Source of the DNA: an uncultured archaeon | GTDB lineage: Archaea > Hadarchaeota > Hadarchaeia > Hadarchaeales > WYZ-LMO6 | Direction of reading: 5' to 3' | DNA length: 16,681 nt | Assembly (NCBI GenBank): GCA_938074535.1 | Contig: CALJER010000024.1 | Span: forward strand, 1 to 16,681 | Shown here: positions 1-6,333 of the stretch, one piece after another | Numbering within the stretch: position 1 is the first letter of the stretch | Layout: every line of letters starts with the position of its first letter | Notes under the pieces: generated by a model | The model's input: only the letters and a program-made list of their open reading frames with translations | Told to the model about the DNA's origin: nothing | The model's database searches: none | Translations under genes and position numbers: made by a program

Positions 1-282
1 ACAGTGGACGATGTTGTCCTTCGGAACCTTCTTCAGCGGGGCGCCCCCGTTCCACCCGGAGGGCAGGGTAAGCTGCACCTGCTTGATGGCGTGGGTCGAC
101 CCCTCGGCGTTGGTCACGGTGAAGGTGAAAACGCCGCTGAAGCCTCCTGGAACCTTGGTCTTGTCCACGGAGACCTGGGGCGTGTGCGCCCCGGTGACCG
201 CGGTGGTCGTTCCTATCGTGACTCCCATCGCTAGAGAAGCTAGCATCAACGCTGCGATCGCTAGCGCCGCTTTTTCCTTCAT
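1..282 (-). CDS. Secreted/cell-surface protein (S-layer or Ig-like fold candidate), 5' part only, runs off the window
   Basis: Open frame from ATG 282 to base 1: MKEKAALAIAALMLASLAMGVTIGTTTAVTGAHTPQVSVDKTKVPGGFSGVFTFTVTNAEGSTHAIKQVQLTLPSGW...; basic N-terminus plus hydrophobic signal segment, then Thr/Val-rich beta-type sequence; GGAGG RBS at 295-291 and BRE-TATA upstream. Confidence 0.8.
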   Translation of the reverse strand, partial: MKEKAALAIAALMLASLAMGVTIGTTTAVTGAHTPQVSVDKTKVPGGFSGVFTFTVTNAEGSTHAIKQVQLTLPSGWNGGAPLKKVPKDNIVHC

Positions 283-326
283 TTTCTATTCCTCCTTTTT
301 TTCGGTTTAAGCTCTCAAGAGTAGGC

Positions 327-341
327 TATTTAAGGGTTTCG
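327..341 (-). promoter_or_regulatory. BRE + TATA box for the surface-protein gene
   Basis: Minus strand reads CGAAACCC-TTAAATA, a good match to archaeal BRE/TATA, 45 nt upstream of ATG 282. Confidence 0.7.
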
Positions 342-459
342 AGCCTCCCGCCGCGGGAAGGAGGCGGGAAAAAGCTCGTTGAAAAACGAAAGAACCCTCG
401 TCGGAAGACGAAACGAAGGAGTTGATAATACTAAAATTAAATATGGTAATACAAACTCC

Positions 460-472
460 CGAAAAGTTAAAG
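460..472 (+). promoter_or_regulatory. BRE + TATA box for moaC
   Basis: CGAAAAG-TTAAAG ending about 25 nt before ATG 497. Confidence 0.55.
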
Positions 473-496
473 GAGAGGGAAGAAAAGAGGGAGAAG

Positions 497-934
497 ATGA
501 CCAGAATGGTGGACGTGAGCGGGAAGGAGGAAGTGGCGAGGACCGCCAGGGCCGAGGGAGAGCTCCTGCTCAGGCCCGAAACGGTGAGGGCCATCGTGGA
601 GAAAAGGGTGGAGAAGGGGGATCCGCTGGCCGCGGCGGAGCTGGCGGCCCTCCTCGCCTCCAAAAAAACCTCGGAGCTCCTCCCCCACTGCCACCCCCTA
701 CCCCTCACCCACGTGGAGGCGAAGGTGACGCCCTTCGAAAAAGGGGTGAAGGCCACCGTAGAGGTGAAGACCGTGGCGAGGACGGGCGTGGAGATGGAGG
801 CGCTGGTTGGGGTGACGGCCGCCCTCCTCACCGTCTGGGACATGGTGAAGGGCCTGGAGAAGGACGAGAGGGGACAGTACCCCGACACCCGCATCACCGA
901 GGTGAGGGTGGTGGAGAAGAGCAAGGGCCCCTAG
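497..934 (+). CDS. moaC: Cyclic pyranopterin monophosphate synthase MoaC
   Basis: MVDVSGK, KGD, LPHCHPL, TGVEMEAL and WDMVK motifs. Start moved from track position 422 to ATG 497 (506 also possible) because family similarity begins at MVDV and the upstream part is AT-rich promoter sequence. Confidence 0.95.
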   Translation: MTRMVDVSGKEEVARTARAEGELLLRPETVRAIVEKRVEKGDPLAAAELAALLASKKTSELLPHCHPLPLTHVEAKVTPFEKGVKATVEVKTVARTGVEMEALVGVTAALLTVWDMVKGLEKDERGQYPDTRITEVRVVEKSKGP

Positions 935-1103
935 GCCCGCCACCCGGCCCGGCTCCCAACCAGGCGGGCTGAAAAGAACTCGAGGATGGCTCCCACACCC
1001 TGCCGAGAGCTCCGGAGCCGGCCCTTTCCGACCGCCGCAGGCCCCGCGCAGGAGCCGGCTGTCCTCTTCCCCCCACCAGCGCGAGGAGCGTGGACCCGTG
1101 GGC
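935..1103 (-). ncRNA. Putative ~170-nt structured ncRNA, unassigned class (four-way junction on a long stem)
   Basis: Manual fold: 1069-1061/979-971 closing helix; arms 1060-1016, 1015-1003, 1001-983; wobble pairs are G-U only in the minus orientation; TTTATAT at 1137-1131 upstream. Confidence 0.45.
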
Positions 1104-1130
1104 TTATGTAAGGGAAAAATGAGAGACCAC

Positions 1131-1137
1131 ATATAAA
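1131..1137. promoter_or_regulatory. TATA box (ATATAAA plus / TTTATAT minus), possibly bidirectional
   Basis: 20 nt before moaB ATG 1158 on plus and about 28 nt before the 5' end of the predicted minus-strand RNA; BRE is poor in both directions. Confidence 0.5.
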
Positions 1138-1157
1138 GGGAAGCGGGAAGGGAAAAG

Positions 1158-1673
1158 ATGGGCTTCGAGGAGCACAGGAGGGCGGCGCCCGCGAGGCTCA
1201 GGGTGGCCGTGATCACCATCAGCGACTCCAGGTACCAGGCCTGGCTGGAGGGGAGGGACGAGGACCTCTCAGGGAGGATCATGGAGGAGAAGCTGAGGAG
1301 GGAGGGACACGAGGTGGTGAGGGACCTCGTCCCCGACGAGCCCTCCCTCATCCTGGGGGCGGTGAAGAGGCGGCTGGAGGATCCAGCCGTGGACGTCGTC
1401 CTCACCTGCGGGGGCACGGGCATCACCAGGAGGGACGTGACCGTGGAGACCGTGCGCCCCCTGCTGGAGAAGGAACTCCCCGGCTTCGGGGAGAGGCTGA
1501 GGGCGATAGGATACGAAATGGTGGGGACGCCCGCCCTCCTCACCAGGTCCATCTTCGGGGTGAGCAGGGGGAAACTCATCTGCTGCCTTCCCGGGGCTCC
1601 CTCCTCGGTGGAGGCCGGGATGAAGCTCCTCCTCCCCGAGCTGGGTCACCTGGTGAAGCATGCCAGGGAGTAG
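1158..1673 (+). CDS. moaB: Molybdopterin adenylyltransferase, MoaB/MogA family
   Basis: VITISDSR, DLSG, VPDE, GGTGITRRDVT, PGFGE and LPG motifs; 171 aa. Confidence 0.93.
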   Translation: MGFEEHRRAAPARLRVAVITISDSRYQAWLEGRDEDLSGRIMEEKLRREGHEVVRDLVPDEPSLILGAVKRRLEDPAVDVVLTCGGTGITRRDVTVETVRPLLEKELPGFGERLRAIGYEMVGTPALLTRSIFGVSRGKLICCLPGAPSSVEAGMKLLLPELGHLVKHARE

Positions 1674-2901
1674 GTGGAGGGGGTTCAGGGAGTACCTGCG
1701 GGTGGAGGAGGCCCTCAGGCTCGTCCTCTCCTCTTCAGGACGCCTGGGGCCCGAGGAGATCCCGCTGGAGGAAGCCTGCGGGAGGGTCCTCTTCGACGAC
1801 CTCCTTTCCCCCACCGACTTTCCCCCCTTCGACAGGAGCGCCGTGGACGGATACGCCGTGAGGGCCTCCGACACCTTCGGGGCCGGGGAGAACTCCCCCC
1901 GTAGACTGAGGGTGGTGAAGGGAAGGGTGGGCCCGGGAAAGGCCGTGGAGGTGATGACGGGGAGGCCCCTCCCCCAGGGAGCGGACGCGGTGGTGATGGT
2001 GGAGCACACGAGGAGGAGGGGGAGGGAGATAGAGGTGCTGACCCCCGTCACCCCGGGGAAAAACGTCTCAGCCAGAGGGGAGGACGTGAAAAGGGGGGAG
2101 AGGGTGCTGGAGGGGGGGAGGAGGCTGGGGCCGCAGGAGGTGGGGATGCTGGCCTGCCTGGGGATGAAAAAGGTGAGGGTCTTCCGCAGGCCCAGGGTCT
2201 CCATCCTCTCCACCGGCTCCGAGCTGAGGGAGCCCGGGGAAAGGCTGGGGAGGGGGGAGATCCCGGACATAAACTCCTACTCCCTGGCCTGCGCCGTGCG
2301 CTCCTGCGGGGCCCTCCCCCTCGGGCTGGGGAGGTGCCCGGACGAGAGGGGGGAGCTGGAGAGGAGGCTGGAGGAGGGAACGAGGAAAGGCGACGTGGTG
2401 CTGATCTCCGGGGGAAGCTCCGTCGGGAAGGAGGACCTGGCGCCGGAGCTGGTGGGGGAGAAGGGGGAGCTGGTCTTCCACGGGGTGAACCTGAGGCCTG
2501 GAGGGCCCACGGCCTTCGGGAGGGTGGGGGGGAAACCCGTCTTCTGCCTCCCGGGCTTTCCGGCCGCCTGCCTCATCTCCTGCACCTTCCTGGTCAGGCC
2601 CCTCCTCCGCTCCATGCAGGGCCTCCCCCCGGACAGGGGGCTCAGAAAGGTGGAGGCGAGGCTGAGCAGGAAGGTGGCTTCCTCCCTGGGGAGGGTGGAC
2701 GTGGTGAGGGTGAGGCTGGTGGAGAGAGGGGGGGAGAGGTGGGCGGAGCCCCTGAGGGTGACGGGATCGGGGATCCTCAGCTCCCTCACGGCCTCTGACG
2801 GCTTCTTCCTGGTCCCGGAAGACACGGAGGTGGTGGAGGAGGGGGAGAGGGTGGAGGTGGAGCTCTGGGATTTTCGGGATAGAGCGGTGCAGCACGGCTA
2901 A
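1660..2901 (+). CDS. moeA: Molybdopterin molybdo/tungsto-transferase MoeA
   Basis: PPFDRSAVDGYAV, TGRPLPQGADAVVMVE, STGSEL, SGGSSVG, PGGP and LPGFP motifs; 413 aa; 14-nt overlap with moaB. Confidence 0.96.
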   Translation: MPGSRWRGFREYLRVEEALRLVLSSSGRLGPEEIPLEEACGRVLFDDLLSPTDFPPFDRSAVDGYAVRASDTFGAGENSPRRLRVVKGRVGPGKAVEVMTGRPLPQGADAVVMVEHTRRRGREIEVLTPVTPGKNVSARGEDVKRGERVLEGGRRLGPQEVGMLACLGMKKVRVFRRPRVSILSTGSELREPGERLGRGEIPDINSYSLACAVRSCGALPLGLGRCPDERGELERRLEEGTRKGDVVLISGGSSVGKEDLAPELVGEKGELVFHGVNLRPGGPTAFGRVGGKPVFCLPGFPAACLISCTFLVRPLLRSMQGLPPDRGLRKVEARLSRKVASSLGRVDVVRVRLVERGGERWAEPLRVTGSGILSSLTASDGFFLVPEDTEVVEEGERVEVELWDFRDRAVQHG

Positions 2902-2902
2902 A

Positions 2903-3156
2903 AGCCCGAGGGCTGGGGGAGGTGGCGAGAGGTCTCTCACCCACTCCTGCGGGCGGGCAAAGGGAGACGGTCCCACGGGGAAAGAACGGGAAGGAAGGCT
3001 GGGGGCTGGCTCCAACTTTCAGGCTCATGTCGAAGTGCATGAAGCTTCGCTGGTCAGCGTTTCCCCGTTCTCCCTGTCCGTCGCCATGCTTCGGTACAAG
3101 AGATTCGAAATCGGGCCTGCGGCGACTCACGGCACCAGACGGGCAAACGCGGGCTC
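2903..3156 (+). ncRNA. Putative ~250-nt structured ncRNA or structured 3' UTR, unassigned class
   Basis: 267-nt gap between convergent stops, nearly all foldable: hairpins 2903-2914 and 2917-2948, long stem 2966-2997/3060-3082 with three arms, helix 3113-3121/3148-3156; most G-U pairs favour plus strand. Confidence 0.4.
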
Positions 3157-3168
3157 CCTGCCGGCGCA

Positions 3169-4134
3169 CTAAAGGGGCTCAAGGGGCGGCTCGCTCTGCA
3201 TGAAGAAGCCCGGGGAGTTCTCCAGGTACCACCACCTCAGCATCCTGTAGTAGACCAAGAAGCCCTTCCCCCCCGAGCCGAACTCGAAGCGCCAGGCGGG
3301 GAAGGAACCAACCGCCGTGGTGACCGCGGCCGCCCTCCACCTGAGGTTCTCCGGCTCCACCGCACCTTTCTCCCACCTCCACGCCCTCCCCAGGAACTCG
3401 GAGAGGGCCTGGGAAGGGGTGAGGGCCCATCCCCCTGAGACGGCCTCGCCCACGCGCGGGCAGTTCTCCCACGATCCCTCCCAGCAAACCTCCTCCACCT
3501 CCTCCACCACCCAGGCTTTCTCCACCTCCCCCACCCTCTCCCCCACCTCCCTCCCCGCCGCCCGCATCCACCGGCCGCCCACCCTCACCAGCACGTCCTC
3601 CCCCTTTCCCGCATATCCCTCCGGCTCCCCGCAAAGGGAAAAGGAGAGGAGGAGGGCCGCAGCCGCCCTCGGGTTCTCCTTGGCGAAGGAGTAGAAGGGG
3701 GGAGGAAGGAGGGAGGAAGGTGGAGGAGGGGAGGGAGGGGAGCCGGAAGGAAGGGGCGAGGAGGAAAGGACCAGGGCGTCCACCTCCCTCCTGAGGTAGA
3801 CGGCCTCCCCGAAGGAGGAGTTCTCCACCCTCACCTCCCCCGCGAGTTCGAGGGAGTAGAGCTTCCCCTCCCTCACCCCGTCCAGGATCCTCACGCGGAG
3901 GGCGTTCTCCTCCACCCGGAACTCGTAGGCGCAGCCTCCCAGGGAGGGGGGAAGCTCCACCCTCGTCTCCTCCCCAGGAAGAAGGGAGAAGGACAGGCGC
4001 GCCAGGCGCTCCAGCAGCCCCCAGGCCTGCTCGTCCACCGCCTCCCTGGCCTGGGCGGTGAGCTGGAAAAGGAAGGCCGAGGCCAGAAGAAGAGCGGTGA
4101 GGGCCCCGAACAGGAAGTAGAGGGGGAGGTCCAT
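3169..4134 (-). CDS. Membrane-anchored hypothetical protein with N-terminal pilin-like domain
   Basis: Host-like codon usage; N-terminal hydrophobic helix, amphipathic helix, then VELPPSLGGCAYEFRV, recalling the xLPxxIxGxxYxI pattern of archaeal minor pilin-like proteins; Pro/Ser linker; Trp-rich C-terminal domain; divergent from pilus ATPase. Confidence 0.7.
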   Translation of the reverse strand: MDLPLYFLFGALTALLLASAFLFQLTAQAREAVDEQAWGLLERLARLSFSLLPGEETRVELPPSLGGCAYEFRVEENALRVRILDGVREGKLYSLELAGEVRVENSSFGEAVYLRREVDALVLSSSPLPSGSPPSPPPPSSLLPPPFYSFAKENPRAAAALLLSFSLCGEPEGYAGKGEDVLVRVGGRWMRAAGREVGERVGEVEKAWVVEEVEEVCWEGSWENCPRVGEAVSGGWALTPSQALSEFLGRAWRWEKGAVEPENLRWRAAAVTTAVGSFPAWRFEFGSGGKGFLVYYRMLRWWYLENSPGFFMQSEPPLEPL

Positions 4135-4208
4135 CTCTTTTCCCTCTCCACCCCGCTAAAAAGCCCTCCCAAAACCCACAAAAAGCGCGGGGGAAGAGGG
4201 GAGAAGTT

Positions 4209-6332
4209 ATGGGGACCAAGACCGGACCCGAGGGGATGAGGGTGGGGCTCTCCGGTCCCCTCAGGCTGGCGGAGGTGGATTGCCGCTCCTGCCCGGGAAG
4301 GGCCACCCTCCTCGATCCCTCCTGCAGGGAGTGCGTCCTGATCCCCCTGCTGGGGAAGGAGGTGGAGGGGGTGGTGCTCAAGCGCCCCTACCACCGCCTC
4401 TATCCCTTCCTCTCTTCCTTCCTGAAGGAGTTCGGGTCCCTCCGTCCCCTCCTGCAGGAGCGGAGCAGGCTGGGGACCGGTGAAGGGAAGAAATGCAGGG
4501 AGTGCAGGGGGGAGAGGGAGAGGCTGCTGGGGGATTCCCTCGCTTCCTTCCTCAGGACAATGGAGGTTCCCGCCCTCCGGGTGAAACCGAAAAGGAAGGA
4601 ATGCCTGGAGTGCACCTCCCGCTTCTCTTCCTTCGTGAAGGAGCTGGAGGGAAAGTACCGCCGCCTGAGCCGCCTGTGGAGGGGGAGCTCAGGGGAGGTC
4701 CTCCGTCCCTTCTTCGCCGACTGCTTCATCCTGCCCTTCCGGGAAAGGGGGAAGGTGGTGGACGCCTACACCCTCAGAGGGGGAAGGGGAAGGGTGAGGA
4801 TCCACAGGAGGGAGGACTCGCCCCTCCCCTTCTACGAGCTCGAGCTCCCGGAGTTCCGCCTGCCCGAAGAGGAGATGGAGCTGCTGGAGGAGGTCTTCCT
4901 GGAGGAGCCCGCCTCCCTGGAGGAGCTGCAGGAGGGGTGGAGGAGGGCCCTGCTGGAGAAGGGCGGAGGGAGGTACCCGGCGGAGGAGCTGGAGAGGCTC
5001 TCCTCCCTCCTCTCCTCCTGGACCTCCTACGGGGTGCTGGAGGCCCTGAGCAGGGACGAGCACCTCACCGACTTCCTCCTCCCCTCGCCTCCCGAGCTCC
5101 AGCCGGTGAGGGTGATCCACGAGAGGTGGGACCTGTGCGAGACCGGCATCCACTGCTCCACCTCCTTCCTCCTCTCCCTCGCGGAGAGGCTGGCCTCCAG
5201 GATGGGGACCTCCTTCGATGAGGTGAGGCCCCAGCTGGACGCGGAGGTGGAGGAGCTCGGCCTCAGGATCTTCCTGGCGAGGGATCCGGCCCTGTGGGGG
5301 AAGGGGGTGGGGATGGCGGTGAGGAAGAGGAGGGAGAGGACCTGGACCCAGCCCCTCTTCCTCCAGCGCAGGAGCCTCACCCCCCTGGCCTCTTCCTTCC
5401 TCTCCTGGGCGGTGAGGGAGGGGGCCTCGGCCTTCATCATAGGGGAGGTGGGGAGCGCCAAGACCAGCCTGCTGGAGAGCCTCCTGCCCGAGGTGGGGAG
5501 GGAGCACCACCTCATCTGCTTCCAGGACACGCCCGAGCTGCACGTGGAGGAGCTGGCGAGGTGCGGCTACTCCGTGGAGAACGTGAGGATAAGGAGGCCC
5601 GAGGAGCTCGAGAGGCAGATAGAGGCCTTCCTCAGGGGGGGACCGGCCCACTGGTTCATCGCCGAGGTCAGGTCCCAGGAGGCCGTGAGGGCGGCGCTGG
5701 GGGCCGCGGCCAGGAGGGGGAGCCAGCCGGTGGTGAGCAGCTTCCACGCGAGGAGCAGGAGGGAGATGTACGAGCTGATCTGCCGCATCCTCGGCCTTCC
5801 CCCCGCCGTGTACAGACACGTGGACCTGGTGGTGGGGACCGCCCGCTTCAGGGAAAGGGAGGGAACGGTGAGGAGGGTGGTGGAGGTCTCGGAGGTGAGG
5901 AAGGCGGGAGGGGAGGAACCGGAGTACTCGGACCTCTTCTCCTACGACAGGAAGGAGGACCTCCTCTCCCCCCTCTCCCTGCTGGAGGGGGAGGGGAGGC
6001 TCATAAGGAGGCTCTCCTCCCACAGGCCCAGGGAGGAGGAGGTGAGGAAGGCCGCGGGGCGCCTCCGCTTTCTCCCCCCCGAGGAGGGCGGGAGCGAGCT
6101 CGTGCCCTCCGTGTGCAGGAGGGAGGGAAGGGAGGAGGAGGAAGCGCTGGAGGAGATCCTCTGGGAGGCCCTGGTGAAGGCCAGACTGGTGGAGCTCTCC
6201 GGAGGGAACCCCTCCCTGCTGGAGCTCGAGGGCGTCACCAGGAGCTACGGCAGGTACCTGTCGCTGGTGAGGGAGAGGGGGGCGGGGGAGGAGACCTTCA
6301 GGGAGTGGCTCGGGTGGCTGAGGGGAGGATGA
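4209..6332 (+). CDS. Type II/IV secretion-pilus ATPase (VirB11/TadA/ArlI family) with Cys-rich N-terminus
   Basis: Walker A-like GEVGSAKTS, Asp box QDTPEL, Walker B-like FIAEVR, His box SFHA, RRVVEVSEV; four CxxC pairs at the N-terminus; alternative start ATG 4236. Confidence 0.88.
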   Translation: MGTKTGPEGMRVGLSGPLRLAEVDCRSCPGRATLLDPSCRECVLIPLLGKEVEGVVLKRPYHRLYPFLSSFLKEFGSLRPLLQERSRLGTGEGKKCRECRGERERLLGDSLASFLRTMEVPALRVKPKRKECLECTSRFSSFVKELEGKYRRLSRLWRGSSGEVLRPFFADCFILPFRERGKVVDAYTLRGGRGRVRIHRREDSPLPFYELELPEFRLPEEEMELLEEVFLEEPASLEELQEGWRRALLEKGGGRYPAEELERLSSLLSSWTSYGVLEALSRDEHLTDFLLPSPPELQPVRVIHERWDLCETGIHCSTSFLLSLAERLASRMGTSFDEVRPQLDAEVEELGLRIFLARDPALWGKGVGMAVRKRRERTWTQPLFLQRRSLTPLASSFLSWAVREGASAFIIGEVGSAKTSLLESLLPEVGREHHLICFQDTPELHVEELARCGYSVENVRIRRPEELERQIEAFLRGGPAHWFIAEVRSQEAVRAALGAAARRGSQPVVSSFHARSRREMYELICRILGLPPAVYRHVDLVVGTARFREREGTVRRVVEVSEVRKAGGEEPEYSDLFSYDRKEDLLSPLSLLEGEGRLIRRLSSHRPREEEVRKAAGRLRFLPPEEGGSELVPSVCRREGREEEEALEEILWEALVKARLVELSGGNPSLLELEGVTRSYGRYLSLVRERGAGEETFREWLGWLRGG

Positions 6333-6333
6333 G

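Noticed and set aside
340-378. GCCTCCCGCCGCGGGAAGGAGG resembles the 3' end of the bacterial Moco riboswitch and lies upstream of moaC; imperfect hairpin CGAGC..TCCCGCC/GGCGGGA..GCTCG
   Set aside because: The other Moco RNA stems are not recognisable and it lies upstream of the likely moaC promoter, so it is probably not in the mRNA; cmscan would settle it.
932-1111. Amber readthrough from moaC into moaB (MoaC-MoaB fusion)
   Set aside because: The frame stops at TAA 1109-1111 and moaB is in another frame.
3100-3115. TTCGAA T-loop-like sequence suggesting a tRNA
   Set aside because: No 5-bp T stem, D arm or acceptor stem on either strand.
2903-3168. RNase P RNA, SRP RNA or 5S rRNA identity for the intergenic elements (also 935-1103)
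   Set aside because: No GAGGAA-N-UCC / ACAGAA P4 pair, no SRP helix-8 CAGG..GGAA..AGCA motif, no 5S GAAGUUAAG on either strand; only short chance similarities.
2922-3203. 93-aa plus-strand ORF (and 2786..3169 minus)
   Set aside because: Codon usage unlike host genes, no recognisable motif, overlaps real genes; RNA structure explains the region better, though a small protein is not excluded.
3690-3770. GGA-rich low-complexity tract
   Set aside because: Encodes the Pro/Ser linker of the minus-strand gene; not a separate repeat element.
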